Assembly (NCBI GenBank): GCA_004295005.1 | Contig: SHNG01000017.1 | Coordinates: 15,969 to 79,968 of the forward strand | Length of the DNA stretch: 64,000 bases | Source of the DNA: Gammaproteobacteria bacterium | GTDB lineage: Bacteria > Pseudomonadota > Gammaproteobacteria > Xanthomonadales > Rhodanobacteraceae | Reading direction: 5' to 3' | Shown: positions 19,506 through 30,304 of the stretch, one piece after another | Numbering within the stretch: position 1 is the stretch's first letter | Layout of the letters: every line of letters starts with the position of its first letter | Translations under genes and position numbers: made by a program | The notes under the pieces: model-generated | Databases searched by the model: none | Told to the model about the DNA's origin: nothing | What the model saw: the letters and a program-made list of their open reading frames with translations, nothing else

Positions 19506-21878
19506 TTGAGCGACCTGGTTCTTTGGCTCGATGCACTGCGCCTGTCCGATCTTGGCAAGGTCGGCGGCAAGAACTCCTCGCTTGGCGAGATGATTGGCCA
19601 TCTGTCCAAACTCGGGGTTTCGGTACCGGGCGGATTTGCGACGACGGCGGATGCGTTCAAACAGTTCATCGCCCAGAGCGGGCTTGCGCAGAAGATCCAG
19701 GATCGTCTGGCCAGCCTGGATGTCGAGGATGTGGCGGCGCTCGCCACGGCCGGTACCGAAATCCGTCGCTGGGTCATCGAGACACCACTGATCCCGGAAT
19801 TCGACACGGCCGTGCGCGCGGCCTATCAAACCCTGTGTGAAAAGGCAGGAGCTGCCGATATCGCCGTGGCCGTGCGCTCCTCCGCCACTGCCGAGGACTT
19901 GCCCGATGCCTCGTTCGCCGGGCAACAGGAAACCTTCCTCAACGTCAGTGGCGCGGACGACGTGATCCACAAGGTCAAGGAAGTCTTTGCCTCCCTGTAC
20001 AACGACCGCGCCATTGCCTACCGCGTGCATCACGGCTTCAAGCACGAGGACGTATTCCTTTCCGCTGGTGTGCAATTGATGGTTCGATCGGACATCGGCG
20101 CTTCCGGCGTGCTGTTCACGCTGGATACCGAGTCGGGTTTCCGCGATGCGGTGTTTGTCACCGGCAGCTACGGCCTCGGCGAGATGGTTGTGCAGGGCGC
20201 GGTCAATCCCGACGAATTCTATGTCTACAAGCCCACCCTCAAGGCCGGCAAGCCGGCCATCCTGCGCCGCCAACTCGGTTCCAAGCAGCAGCGCATGGTG
20301 TACTCGGACAAGCCCGGAGAACGGGTGCGCATCGAGGAAACACCTGCCGCGGATCGCAACCGCTTCTGCCTCAGCGATGATCAGGTGCATGAGCTCTCGC
20401 GTCAGGCCCTGACCATCGAACAGCACTATGGCCGGCCCATGGATATCGAATGGGCGCTGGATGGCGGTACCGGCAAGCTCTACATCGTGCAGGCGCGCCC
20501 GGAAACCGTGAAATCCCGCGCCCGCGCCACCCAGATTGAACGTTTCCAACTGAAACAACGCGGCGAGGTTCTGGCCGAAGGCCGCTCGGTAGGACAGAAG
20601 ATCGGCAGCGGCATCGCGCGCGTGGTGCGTTCGATCAGGGACATGGATCGCGTGCAACCAGGGGATGTGCTGGTCGCGGACATGACCGACCCGGATTGGG
20701 AACCGGTAATGAAGCGCGCCGCCGCCATTGTCACCAACCGCGGCGGACGCACCTGCCATGCCGCCATCATTGCGCGTGAACTTGGCGTTCCCGCCATCGT
20801 CGGTACCGGCAATGCGCTGGATTCGATTGACGATGGCAGAGAAGTGACCGTGTACTGTGCCGAGGGCGATACCGGATTCATCTACGCCGGCAAGTTGCCG
20901 TTCGAGCGGGTCACTGCAGATCTCGGACAAATGCCGGAAGCTCCGCTCAAGATCATGATGAACGTGGCCAATCCGGAGCGCGCGTTCGACTTCGCCATGC
21001 TGCCGAATGCCGGTGTTGGACTGGCGCGGCTGGAGATGATCATTGCCAGCCATATCGGCGTGCATCCCAAGGCACTGCTCAATTATGAAAAGCAGGATGC
21101 CGAGACCCGACGCAAGATCGACGAGCGCATCGCCGGCTATGCCAGTCCGGTGGACTTCTACGTGGATCGACTTGCCGAGGGTATCGCCACCATCACCGCT
21201 GCATTCGCCCCACAGCCGGTCATCGTGCGCCTGTCGGACTTCAAGTCCAATGAATACGCGAACCTGATCGGTGGATCCAACTACGAACCGCACGAAGAGA
21301 ATCCGATGATCGGATTCCGTGGCGCCAGCCGCTACATCGATCCTTCCTTTGCGGACGCCTTTGCGCTCGAGTGCCGGGCCATGAAAAAGGTGCGCGAGCA
21401 AATGGGCCTTGGCAACGCATGGGTCATGATTCCCTTCGTGCGAACCCTGGACGAAGGCCGCCGGGTCGTCGAAGTGCTGGCCGAAAATGGCCTCAGGCAA
21501 GGTGAGAACGGCCTCAAGATCATTATGATGTGCGAGGTGCCGTCCAATGCCCTGCTCGCAGACGAGTTCCTCGACATCTTTGACGGGTTTTCGATTGGTT
21601 CGAATGACCTCACCCAGTTGTCGCTTGGACTTGATCGCGACTCGAGCATCGTCGCCAAGCTGTTTGACGAGCGCGACCCTGCGGTCAAGAAGCTGCTTTC
21701 GATGGCCATCAAGGCCGCCCGCCGCAAGGGCAAGTATGTCGGCATCTGCGGCCAGGGCCCCAGCGATCATCCCGACCTGGCCGAATGGCTGATGGATGAA
21801 GGCATCGAATCGGTTTCCCTGAATCCCGACACCGTTGTCGACACCTGGCTCAAGCTTGCGCGCAAGAAAGCCGGCTGA
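19506..21878 (+). CDS. ppsA: Phosphoenolpyruvate synthase
   Basis: [60 protein letters not shown]; TTG start with GGAG SD. Confidence 0.98.
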   Translation: MSDLVLWLDALRLSDLGKVGGKNSSLGEMIGHLSKLGVSVPGGFATTADAFKQFIAQSGLAQKIQDRLASLDVEDVAALATAGTEIRRWVIETPLIPEFDTAVRAAYQTLCEKAGAADIAVAVRSSATAEDLPDASFAGQQETFLNVSGADDVIHKVKEVFASLYNDRAIAYRVHHGFKHEDVFLSAGVQLMVRSDIGASGVLFTLDTESGFRDAVFVTGSYGLGEMVVQGAVNPDEFYVYKPTLKAGKPAILRRQLGSKQQRMVYSDKPGERVRIEETPAADRNRFCLSDDQVHELSRQALTIEQHYGRPMDIEWALDGGTGKLYIVQARPETVKSRARATQIERFQLKQRGEVLAEGRSVGQKIGSGIARVVRSIRDMDRVQPGDVLVADMTDPDWEPVMKRAAAIVTNRGGRTCHAAIIARELGVPAIVGTGNALDSIDDGREVTVYCAEGDTGFIYAGKLPFERVTADLGQMPEAPLKIMMNVANPERAFDFAMLPNAGVGLARLEMIIASHIGVHPKALLNYEKQDAETRRKIDERIAGYASPVDFYVDRLAEGIATITAAFAPQPVIVRLSDFKSNEYANLIGGSNYEPHEENPMIGFRGASRYIDPSFADAFALECRAMKKVREQMGLGNAWVMIPFVRTLDEGRRVVEVLAENGLRQGENGLKIIMMCEVPSNALLADEFLDIFDGFSIGSNDLTQLSLGLDRDSSIVAKLFDERDPAVKKLLSMAIKAARRKGKYVGICGQGPSDHPDLAEWLMDEGIESVSLNPDTVVDTWLKLARKKAG

Positions 21879-21907
21879 AACCGAAAGAATCGCGCAGCGC
21901 GCGAGTT

Positions 21908-21960
21908 CGCTTCCTCTGCGAAGCGGGGGAAGCTGCCCGGAGGGCTGAAGGGGGCGCTTT
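21908..21960. repeat. REP-like extragenic palindrome downstream of ppsA
   Basis: GCTTCCTCTGCGAAGCGGGGGAAGC hairpin followed by …GAAGGGGGCGC; single copy in window, family assignment by recollection only. Confidence 0.4.
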
Positions 21961-22047
21961 GGATCGATGCGGGAAAGGCAAAAACAACCGGCCCGCACCT
22001 TGCTCAATTCGCCTTTGCTACCGAACACAGCATCGACAGGAGCACGC

Positions 22048-23190
22048 ATGACCATTTTCAATTTTGCTTCTGGAATGCTTCTCTCGTTGCTCACCTTGAT
22101 CGGCCCAACAGCCCGAGCCGATGCATCACCTGCGCTGCAGAGACTCGAATCCACTTATGCAGACCGGCTGCTGCCAATCTTTGAGATCCAGGACTACTTT
22201 AATCGGAGACTCGTCGAGTGTTCCATTTCGAGATTAAATGCCGACTCACCTTCCGAGTGGTCGCAACAGCAGCGCATCAGAAACACATTGTTTCGCTGGA
22301 AAATGAAGGAAATAGACGACGACAAACTGTGCGTCCACCTTCTTGAACCGGAGCACCGCCGACTTTCGATCCCGGAGACCCAATTATTGTTGTCTGCTTC
22401 GAGAGCCGCGATGGAAGAATTCGACTCATCATCCAGCGACAACCCCTATTCCGCGAAACTTGCGCATAGGCACAGTTTCGGCGCACCAGACTCATACGAG
22501 GCCGGGACAATCAATGGACACCCATATGTCATCCAATACAAGGGTACAGATTCTTTGATGGCCCCCTTGGGGTACGTACAACGCGAATTCGCCGACAACC
22601 AGAAGATGCGCCTCAAAAAATCACGCGAGCGAGCGCAATCCGATCCGATCGTGCCTACGTTGCGAATGTCCTGCCGTGGAGACAAGACTTTCGAGCTTGC
22701 GTCATTATCGTGCCAAAGTTGCCTCAGAGATGCTGGACAATCAAAATGTGACCATGGAACATGGCTATTCCATTTCACATCAGGCCAGTTCGTGACTTTC
22801 GACGATTTCTTTACGAATCCCCAAGCGGCACGCGAGCGCATCAGCATCTTGGTAAGCGGACGACGTCCGCCACCGAAGGCGTTTTTCTTCGAATTGGAAG
22901 ATCCAGTAGAAGAGCGCAAAAGGTCAGATGCGGCTCAACGTCACTACCAGACCGAATATGCCAGAGCATGGAAACTGGCTACCACACCGCGACCAGAGCA
23001 TTACCGGGATGTAAGGATTAATGTCGATCATGCGTTCGGCGATGTGACGTTGCATATCTACTTCCAGGAAGAAGAAACCATTCCCGGAAGCGGAGATCTC
23101 GTGGTCGGTGACATTTCAATCGACAAGCTGAGCGACTTGTTGAAGCCAGAGTTCAGGAACGCCTTCGAAGCTCCACCGAAAATCCAGTGA
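22048..23190 (+). CDS. Hypothetical exported protein; C-terminal half weakly RsiV/DUF3298-like
   Basis: AGGAG SD, signal-peptide-like N-terminus (…LTLIGPTARADA), GQFVTFDDFF…ARERIS and terminal LSDLLKPEFRNAF; visibly more AT-rich than neighbours. Confidence 0.6.
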   Translation: MTIFNFASGMLLSLLTLIGPTARADASPALQRLESTYADRLLPIFEIQDYFNRRLVECSISRLNADSPSEWSQQQRIRNTLFRWKMKEIDDDKLCVHLLEPEHRRLSIPETQLLLSASRAAMEEFDSSSSDNPYSAKLAHRHSFGAPDSYEAGTINGHPYVIQYKGTDSLMAPLGYVQREFADNQKMRLKKSRERAQSDPIVPTLRMSCRGDKTFELASLSCQSCLRDAGQSKCDHGTWLFHFTSGQFVTFDDFFTNPQAARERISILVSGRRPPPKAFFFELEDPVEERKRSDAAQRHYQTEYARAWKLATTPRPEHYRDVRINVDHAFGDVTLHIYFQEEETIPGSGDLVVGDISIDKLSDLLKPEFRNAFEAPPKIQ

Positions 23191-23371
23191 ATGTTCTTTC
23201 TGCGGCTGCATTGATATGGGAGGTTATCGAATTGCTTCGGGATCCGCGCACTTCCAGTTGACCCTAGCAGCCCGACTCTCACATTGGATCCTTTGCAGAA
23301 TGAGCGCCCAGGCGGGAACGGCTACCCCGCGTTGGTTCATTCCATATTTCCACTCGGCCTCAGCGTCTCGC

Positions 23372-23410
23372 TTGACAATCGAGGCCGGAAATACGTACAT
23401 TAGTATGTAT
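23372..23410 (+). promoter_or_regulatory. lexA promoter with overlapping LexA2-like operator
   Basis: TTGACA (23372)-18 bp-TACATT (23396); imperfect palindrome ATACGTAC-ATTA-GTATGTAT (23391-23410) containing GTAC-N4-GTAT. Confidence 0.65.
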
Positions 23411-24023
23411 GGACGAGATCAGCCTGACCCGCAACCAGCGCCGCGTACTCGAACACATCCGCGAGTTCACGCGCGAGCACGAGCGCACCCCGACCCTGCG
23501 CGAGATTGCAGAGGCCATGGGGCTGGCCAGGCACAGCTCTGCGCAGGACTACGTGGATGCCCTGGTACGCAAGGGCATGTTGGAACGCAGCCCGCACCGG
23601 GGATTGCGCGTAAAACACCTTTCTCGGACGCCGGCGGCATCAATGACGCTCCCCCTCGTCGGTCGGGTCGCCGCCGGCAGTCCGATTCTTGCCATAGAAA
23701 ACATCGAGGGCGAGTTTGGCATCGACGCCAATCTGTTCCGGCCCCGCCCAGATTATTTCCTGCGCGTGGTCGGCTCCAGCATGCGCGATGCCGGAATCCT
23801 GCATGGAGACCTGGCTGCCGTGCATCGCACCGACCATGCCGACAACGGCCGCATCGTGGTCGCGCGCATCGACGATGAGGTCACTCTCAAAACCCTGGAG
23901 TTGAGGAACGGCAAGGTGCGTCTGCTGCCGAGCAATCCCGAGTTCCAGCCCATTGATGTGGATCCGACGACAACGCACTTTGCCATCGAAGGCATCTACG
24001 TCGGCATGATCCGGAGAACCTGA
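23409..24023 (+). CDS. lexA: Transcriptional repressor LexA (LexA2-type context)
   Basis: wHTH PTLREIAEAMG, Ala-Gly cleavage site VAAG, catalytic Ser (GSSM) and Lys (VTLK). Confidence 0.93.
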   Translation: MDEISLTRNQRRVLEHIREFTREHERTPTLREIAEAMGLARHSSAQDYVDALVRKGMLERSPHRGLRVKHLSRTPAASMTLPLVGRVAAGSPILAIENIEGEFGIDANLFRPRPDYFLRVVGSSMRDAGILHGDLAAVHRTDHADNGRIVVARIDDEVTLKTLELRNGKVRLLPSNPEFQPIDVDPTTTHFAIEGIYVGMIRRT

Positions 24024-24024
24024 G

Positions 24025-24924
24025 GTGAACCCGAGAACTTACCGCGCATCAAGGGCATCAACCGGCGCAACGGCCTCACTGCCCAGCGGACTCGACGCGC
24101 TGGATGCCCGCCTGCCGGGCGGCCTCTGGCCCAGGGGTACGCTGATCGAGATCCTGTCCGATGATGGCAAGGCGGCATTTGATCTCGTGCAAGCAATCCT
24201 GCAGACGCTGCTGGAACGTGGGCGTCGCGTCGTCCTGATCGATCCTCCCCGGAATCTCTGCCAGCCTGACGCGGAAACCCCTGCGCGCAGTCGTGGGCAA
24301 TGGGTGACTATCCAACCCGAGCACGCTGCGTCTCACTGGAGCGCCGCCCAGTGTCTGCGGGCGGGTGGTTGCGATGCCCTTGTGGCTTGGTTGCCGGATG
24401 CCGGCTATGCGGAACTGCGCAGCTTGCAGGATTCGGCCCGCAGCACCCACGCCCTGTGCTTCGTGATTACCCGCAAGGCTGCTCGCGAGCAGTCCAGTCC
24501 CGCACCCCTGCGCGTTCTATTTGATCCTGTACAAACAAACGCTTGCGTGACTTTGTTAAAGTGCAATCTCGTCATGGCGCAGGCATCGACGCGCTTCGCT
24601 TCGTGCCCCGATTTTCTCTTAAACCGGTCAATCGACCCGAGCTTTAGGGAAACTCTGATTAACCATGGTTTTCGTCGTTCCCGCGAAGGCGGACCGCGCA
24701 GGCAGGAAGCCGGAGCGAACATTCCTATGGCCGATGACCCAATGGGCGAGCCGCAGGAGCGGCGAGTCAACCCAGTGACTTTTTTACAACCTGTTGAAGG
24801 ACAACGGCACTGGATCCCGGATATCGCTTTGCGATTCCGGGATGACGAGCAAAATCAGAGCTTCCTCAGGCCGATCCCCGGCTGCGGTAGCTACGCTCCA
24901 CGTATTCCTCCACCACCGCAATGA
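24025..24924 (+). CDS. imuA: ImuA/SulA-like RecA-fold protein; C-terminal ~120 aa probably read-through into non-homologous DNA
   Basis: [47 protein letters not shown]…LLKC; ORF then overlaps ispG 3' end. Confidence 0.75.
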   Translation: MNPRTYRASRASTGATASLPSGLDALDARLPGGLWPRGTLIEILSDDGKAAFDLVQAILQTLLERGRRVVLIDPPRNLCQPDAETPARSRGQWVTIQPEHAASHWSAAQCLRAGGCDALVAWLPDAGYAELRSLQDSARSTHALCFVITRKAAREQSSPAPLRVLFDPVQTNACVTLLKCNLVMAQASTRFASCPDFLLNRSIDPSFRETLINHGFRRSREGGPRRQEAGANIPMADDPMGEPQERRVNPVTFLQPVEGQRHWIPDIALRFRDDEQNQSFLRPIPGCGSYAPRIPPPPQ

Positions 24925-26110
24925 ACTCGCCGGCAATGTCTTCGCCGCGAAGCGTCATTGCCTTCTTGCCATCGATGAACACAGGCGCGGCCGGGGCTTC
25001 ACCCGTTCCCGGCAGGGAAATGCCGATGTTTGCATGCTTGGATTCACCTGGACCATTCACCACGCAGCCCATCACCGCCAAGGTCATGTTCTCGACGCCA
25101 TCGAATTTCAGGCGCCACTCCGGCATCTTCGCGCGCACATGCTCCTGCACCGATTTCGCCAGCTCCTGGAACAGTGAACTGGTGGTGCGCCCGCATCCCG
25201 GGCAGGCCGTCACCATCGGCGTGAACGCACGCAGGCCCATGGTTTGCAACAATTCCTGGGCAACGATGACTTCCCGCGTGCGCGATTCGTCTGGCTCCGG
25301 AGTCAACGAGATGCGGATCGTATCGCCTATGCCTTCCTGAAGGAGAACTGCCAGCGCCGCGGTGGAAGCAACAATTCCCTTTGATCCCATGCCTGCTTCG
25401 GTAAGCCCCAGGTGCAAGGCATGGCTGCAACGCGCGGCCAGGTCGCGATACACGGCAATCAGTTCCTGCACGCCAGACACTTTGCAGGAAATCACGATGT
25501 TGTCGCTCCCCATTCCCAGGTCTTGCGCCCTGCGCGCCGAGTCGAGCGCCGAGCGGATCAGGGCTTCGCGGCCAACCCGCGCCGCATCCCAGGGTTCAAC
25601 ACGCGTGCGGTTCTCATCCATCAGGCTGGCCACCATCTGCTGATCCAGGGAACCCCAGTTGGCGCCGATGCGAACGGGTTTGCCGTATCGCAGTGCAGTC
25701 TCGATGATGGAACTGAACTGGCTGTCCTTCTTGTGCCCAAACCCGACATTGCCCGGATTGATCCGGTACTTGGCCAGGGCTTCTGCAGCAGCAGGCTCGT
25801 CCGCCAGCAATTGATGGCCGTTGTAGTGGAAATCGCCAATCAGCGGCACCTGCACGCCCATCATGTTCAGGCGGTCGCGGATGCGGGGGATCGCAGCAGC
25901 AGCCGCGGCGTTGTTCACCGTCAGGCGCACCAGTTCCGACCCGGCCCGGGCCAGCTCTGCAACCTGCTTCGCCGAGCCGACCACATCGGCAGTATCGGTA
26001 TTGGTCATTGACTGCACGACGATCGGCCTTGAACCACCGATCACCACGGAGCCGACAGCGACGCCAGTGCTCGGGCGACGTTTGTGTTCATCTGGAATTT
26101 GGGAAGTCAT
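24866..26110 (-). CDS. ispG: (E)-4-hydroxy-3-methylbut-2-enyl-diphosphate synthase
   Basis: [48 protein letters not shown]. Confidence 0.97.
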   Translation of the reverse strand: MTSQIPDEHKRRPSTGVAVGSVVIGGSRPIVVQSMTNTDTADVVGSAKQVAELARAGSELVRLTVNNAAAAAAIPRIRDRLNMMGVQVPLIGDFHYNGHQLLADEPAAAEALAKYRINPGNVGFGHKKDSQFSSIIETALRYGKPVRIGANWGSLDQQMVASLMDENRTRVEPWDAARVGREALIRSALDSARRAQDLGMGSDNIVISCKVSGVQELIAVYRDLAARCSHALHLGLTEAGMGSKGIVASTAALAVLLQEGIGDTIRISLTPEPDESRTREVIVAQELLQTMGLRAFTPMVTACPGCGRTTSSLFQELAKSVQEHVRAKMPEWRLKFDGVENMTLAVMGCVVNGPGESKHANIGISLPGTGEAPAAPVFIDGKKAMTLRGEDIAGEFIAVVEEYVERSYRSRGSA

Positions 26111-26169
26111 TTCACGCTGTGCGGACGGCAAGGCTGCGCCGAAGAACACTAGTATGCCGGATAAGCCAC

Positions 26170-27915
26170 TCAGACCTGTTCAATCGAATCCGGATCGACG
26201 CGTGATACCGACAAGGGCAATTCTTCGGGAAGGTCCAGCGGGGGCAATGCAAAGCGCAGGTAGGCACCGGCCGATTCCATCAAACCCGCTCCGGCAACCG
26301 ACAGCGAACAGGCGCTCGATGGCCAACGATGGATATCGGCTGGCAGGGTCAGGCGCAGCGCGTGTGCATCCCGCTCAAACAGGCCCGGAGTCAGCATGGA
26401 GCTGTAGATGGCAGCTTCCTCGGAACGCATGGGCGACAGCAGGATGCCACGATGATCACGCTGGGACATGCCGTCTGCACTGACCGCATTGACGCCGATG
26501 GCCATGGAGCGGCGCGCCATCAGGCTGATGCCCGCATGGACCCGGCCATCATCATCAATACGCATCCAACGGATGACGCCGACCATCCAGTCGTTGGCCT
26601 GCCCATCAGAGTCGGACAAGGCCATGCCAACCAACTCGCCGACCTTGACCCTGACCGTCTCACCCGGATTGCCACGATCCCAGTACACACGATATCCGCC
26701 AAAGCTCTGGTCAACGACGGTCATGCGCAGGGGCTGGGTGCGCATCGAATCCGCCGCGTTGCGGCCCCAACTCGCACCGGAATCCTGATCGGAGAGCTGG
26801 ATCATCGCGCCTCGAATGCGCCGCAGGAAGGCTTCGAAATCCTCATTGCCCGCCAAAACGTAGTGAAGGTCATGCAGGCCGATCACGCTGGACAAGGTAT
26901 ATCCGCCCGTCAGTCGCGCATCGCTGCGCGTCCCGTCGGAAGTCCAGCCATCGACCAGTCGCTGGGCCAGGTCGATGTCCACCTGGACCGGGCTGCCACC
27001 GCGCAACCTGAAGCTCACCAGACGGATGCCGGGCGGCAAGCGCGAAACCTGCCCCTCGATGTGGTTCAGGAGCGCCGAGATGTCGAGGTAGAGAACTCCG
27101 GTGGTCGCTTCGTTGCGTTCCTCCGGCAAATAACCCGGACCATGATCGGAATTCGCATCGACCACGTGCGCCAGCCGACCTTGAACCGGCGCGGTTTCCA
27201 ATTCGCATTGGCCGGCAAAAATCCCGGTCAGCGCAATGGCATCCATCAATTCGCGCTGGCTGTGACGGTAGGGATTGGCCAACGCAAGCAGCAAGGCGTG
27301 AACGTAGGCAGTCCGCGCACAGGTCGCCGACCCGGCCACGGCATCATCCACCATGCGGGTTTCGAGGTTGACGGATGCAATGAATCGGTAGGTGTCATGC
27401 AGTTGCTGCCACGCTCCAACCGGGGGGGTTCGATACAGCAAATACGCCTTGTGCAGGCGCGCACCGGCATGTACCAGCGCACGAGTCGCCGCCGCCGCAA
27501 CCTGCTTGCCACGCAACATGGGCACATGACCTGCAGGCGCACAGAAATCGTGCAACACCATGCGGTATCCCAGTGCCAGTTGGTTCTGGAATTCCTGGGA
27601 AACGACGCCAAGCTCTGCCCGCTGCGGAGGCAACGGAAAACTGGCCCCGAGTATCTGCTTGTCGACGAGGGCAGCCAGTTGCACGACCGGGCCACGCAGG
27701 ATTTCCAGAACCTCGAATCGTTCTGCCGGGGCAATGCGCAGACCATTCAACGTGCGCAAGGCATCGACCAGCATGCGCGCAGTTGCCGCAAAATTGGCCA
27801 ACGGCAGGGCCGCCACCCAGGTACGGACCGCGCGCGGGTCGGTATTGAAATCGCCCGGTTTCGGAACGCGTCGCTCCGCAACATCACGCAACAGGCGACG
27901 CAGGCTGTCAGTCAT
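26170..27915 (-). CDS. Conserved hypothetical protein with C-terminal PilZ-like barrel
   Basis: [23 protein letters not shown] helical region; [20 protein letters not shown] in C-terminal half; start uncertain. Confidence 0.6.
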   Translation of the reverse strand: MTDSLRRLLRDVAERRVPKPGDFNTDPRAVRTWVAALPLANFAATARMLVDALRTLNGLRIAPAERFEVLEILRGPVVQLAALVDKQILGASFPLPPQRAELGVVSQEFQNQLALGYRMVLHDFCAPAGHVPMLRGKQVAAAATRALVHAGARLHKAYLLYRTPPVGAWQQLHDTYRFIASVNLETRMVDDAVAGSATCARTAYVHALLLALANPYRHSQRELMDAIALTGIFAGQCELETAPVQGRLAHVVDANSDHGPGYLPEERNEATTGVLYLDISALLNHIEGQVSRLPPGIRLVSFRLRGGSPVQVDIDLAQRLVDGWTSDGTRSDARLTGGYTLSSVIGLHDLHYVLAGNEDFEAFLRRIRGAMIQLSDQDSGASWGRNAADSMRTQPLRMTVVDQSFGGYRVYWDRGNPGETVRVKVGELVGMALSDSDGQANDWMVGVIRWMRIDDDGRVHAGISLMARRSMAIGVNAVSADGMSQRDHRGILLSPMRSEEAAIYSSMLTPGLFERDAHALRLTLPADIHRWPSSACSLSVAGAGLMESAGAYLRFALPPLDLPEELPLSVSRVDPDSIEQV

Positions 27916-28029
27916 CTTGCAATACCCTGCATGCTCCATGGGGCATGCGTTCCGCTGCGAATATACCAATGAACGCGGACTGGCAACGCGCATGCGCCCT
28001 GCCTGCCCCGGAAACCCGATCTACCTGCA

Positions 28030-30189
28030 TCAATACTCCCTCAGCATTCCGCCCAGAAGACGGGCCAGGATACGTTCCCGCAATCCACGTGGCCGTGAAA
28101 GCCCCATGCGCGCAAGCGCCTCGGCATCTTGTACCCCCGCGCCCAGCAGTGCCAATACGATTCGAGGCCAATGCCGGGGACTTGAAATGGAACGCTTGAG
28201 GGTGCCGAGCGCCTGCAACAAGCGCAACTCAAGCGCACTGAAGTCACTGCCAAAGGGATAGGCTGGCAACAGACCACGCACGCGGAACGGGGCCAGGCGC
28301 ATGCCAAGGTCTTCACGCGTATTGCGTTTCCAGGCTTCCGGAATCCGAAAACCAGACGGCAGCTTGCGGGCATGGATCGCTTGTCGGACCAGTTGGTCAT
28401 GAAACCTCGCATCGCAGATGGCAAGCATCGCCACAACGCATTCCTGGTCGGACTTTCCGCGCAGGTCGGCAATCCCGTACTCGCTGACGAATATGTCGCG
28501 CATGTGGCGTGGAATCGTTGCGTGACCGTAATTCCAGCGGATGTTGGATTCCAGTCGCCCCTTGACGGTACGTGTAGCGCGCAGCATCAGTATCGAGCGG
28601 GCATCGTCGAGCTGGCTGGCCAGGCTGACAAAATCATACTGCCCACCCACACCACTGACCACGCGACCATCCTCAAGCGCATCGGAAACCGCTGCGCCCA
28701 ACGGTGTGGCCATCATGCAGGTATTGAAGAAGCGCGCCTTCCTGCGCTGGCGCGTAGCCAGTGCCTCTTGCCCCCGCTGCAAGCGGTTGACCTCGGAAAT
28801 CCGGTTCATCGACAGGCCGTCGTAGTCGTCGTCACGCAGGTTGCGCAGCCACTCGTAAAGCAGAGTGGAACCCAGGCAAAACCCGCCCTGCAGGTAGCGA
28901 CCACCGCACAAGGTCCTGCCGTTGATTACCCCTTCGAGCGACGTCAGGGACTGCGGATCATCGAAATCATTGCGCAGCGAAACACCCATCCCGACATGAA
29001 GGTACCCGCCCTGCAATCGACTGCCCGCGGGCAGGATTCCGAAGCGGCGCATGCGATCCAGGCCCAATTGATCGAGGACCTTGGGCAAGAACCCGGCGAC
29101 ACGCAAGGTTGCCGCATCCCCGGCACTCAGGGTCAGGCCAATCCGTTCCTCATCAAGCAATGACTGCAAGGCGGCATCGTCGAAGACCATGCGCCCCAGG
29201 ATGCCGGCTTTTCGAAGATGCATGAATCCATCCATGATCATTTCGCTCGATCCGTACAGACCACGCCTGAATGTCCCGTCACCGCCGACGCGTTGCGCCA
29301 ACAGGTTTCCCTCGTTGCTTCCCTCCAAAGGTTCCAGAATCTCCCGGTAGTCCGCATTGCGCTGATGCCTCAGGATCAATGCCTGCACCAGGGCATCGGA
29401 AAGCGCACCGATTCCAATTTGCAGGGTTCCGCCATCGGCAACCAATGTGCTCGCATGCAAGCCAATCGCGTATTCGACATCATCGACATCCTCGCGCGGC
29501 AGTGCGAACAAGCGATGCGAACTGCTTGCATCCTCGAGCACGATATCCAGCACCCCGCACGCGTCCGCGATGTCCGCATCGCCGCCAAGAAACGGAAGTT
29601 CCGCATGCACGACGCCGATGACCAGCGGCTTGGGCATGCCCGCCCTCGCCAGACAGTCGAGCAAGTCAAGGGTGACATCGGGGTTGCAGGAAAGGCTGTA
29701 CCTGGCGGTTCCACCGCGCATGCGCCTTGCCACCGCCTGCACCACCACATTGACCCCGGAATCGGCCACGTCACGTGCAACCTGCGTGTAGTTCAGGCTG
29801 ACGTAATCGCGCTGTGCAGTGCCCGAGCGCAACATGGATCCGGACTGGAAGTAGAACTCGTGCACATGCACATTCGCCGGCAGGCTGTCCGATTGCATGG
29901 CCGCGACATACTCAAGGCGTGGATAGCCGGGACCAAAATGACGATCGAGAAATGGACCGGCAAAGCGCCTCTCGATGTCACCGGAAGGTGAAGGTGGATC
30001 CAGCGAAAGCGCGGTGTGAATGGTCAACCTGCGCCCCGGATCCCTGGCGATGCGTCGATACAATGCATTGATCAACCGATTCGGCTTGCCCAATCCAAGC
30101 GGCGTGGCCAGCACGATGTGTTCGCCGCAGGCCTCAACTATGCGCTCTACACAGGCATCGATCGATGCAATGGCTTGCGGTTGCGGCAT
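28030..30189 (-). CDS. Acetyl-CoA hydrolase/transferase family protein
   Basis: PLGLGKP, TALSL, DGGTLQIGIG, SEM, VSGVGGQYDF, IPRHMRD, EYGIADLRGK. Confidence 0.9.
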   Translation of the reverse strand: MPQPQAIASIDACVERIVEACGEHIVLATPLGLGKPNRLINALYRRIARDPGRRLTIHTALSLDPPSPSGDIERRFAGPFLDRHFGPGYPRLEYVAAMQSDSLPANVHVHEFYFQSGSMLRSGTAQRDYVSLNYTQVARDVADSGVNVVVQAVARRMRGGTARYSLSCNPDVTLDLLDCLARAGMPKPLVIGVVHAELPFLGGDADIADACGVLDIVLEDASSSHRLFALPREDVDDVEYAIGLHASTLVADGGTLQIGIGALSDALVQALILRHQRNADYREILEPLEGSNEGNLLAQRVGGDGTFRRGLYGSSEMIMDGFMHLRKAGILGRMVFDDAALQSLLDEERIGLTLSAGDAATLRVAGFLPKVLDQLGLDRMRRFGILPAGSRLQGGYLHVGMGVSLRNDFDDPQSLTSLEGVINGRTLCGGRYLQGGFCLGSTLLYEWLRNLRDDDYDGLSMNRISEVNRLQRGQEALATRQRRKARFFNTCMMATPLGAAVSDALEDGRVVSGVGGQYDFVSLASQLDDARSILMLRATRTVKGRLESNIRWNYGHATIPRHMRDIFVSEYGIADLRGKSDQECVVAMLAICDARFHDQLVRQAIHARKLPSGFRIPEAWKRNTREDLGMRLAPFRVRGLLPAYPFGSDFSALELRLLQALGTLKRSISSPRHWPRIVLALLGAGVQDAEALARMGLSRPRGLRERILARLLGGMLREY

Positions 30190-30253
30190 GCTCGCGGTCT
30201 CCGGGATACAAGCGCCATCCTACTGCGCCTGCTCGCACGGGTGAGATTTCACG

Positions 30254-30282
30254 TTCACCTCCCGCATGCGCTTCGGTATGAT
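30254..30282 (+). promoter_or_regulatory. Putative sigma70 promoter of the multiheme operon
   Basis: TTCACC-17 bp-TATGAT, 22 bp upstream of ATG 30305 (GGAGG SD); GTGA-GATT-TCAC palindrome immediately upstream. Confidence 0.45.
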
Positions 30283-30304
30283 CGGCAGGCAGGGGAGGAT
30301 TTTC

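Noticed and set aside
19377-22154. 925-aa minus-strand ORF (similar long shadows at 9806-11362, 26329-27972, 37574-39283, 47423-49093, 49296-50648, 60778-62832)
   Set aside because: Antisense to well-supported genes, no recognisable motifs; expected in high-GC DNA with biased codon usage.
23409-24023. LexA-like ORF as a prophage CI repressor
   Set aside because: LexA-type winged HTH, followed by imuA, with no phage genes nearby.
30241-30252. GTGA-GATT-TCAC as a CRP/Clp site for the cNMP operon
   Set aside because: Spacer is 4 bp rather than the 6 bp of TGTGA-N6-TCACA, and the outer bases do not match.
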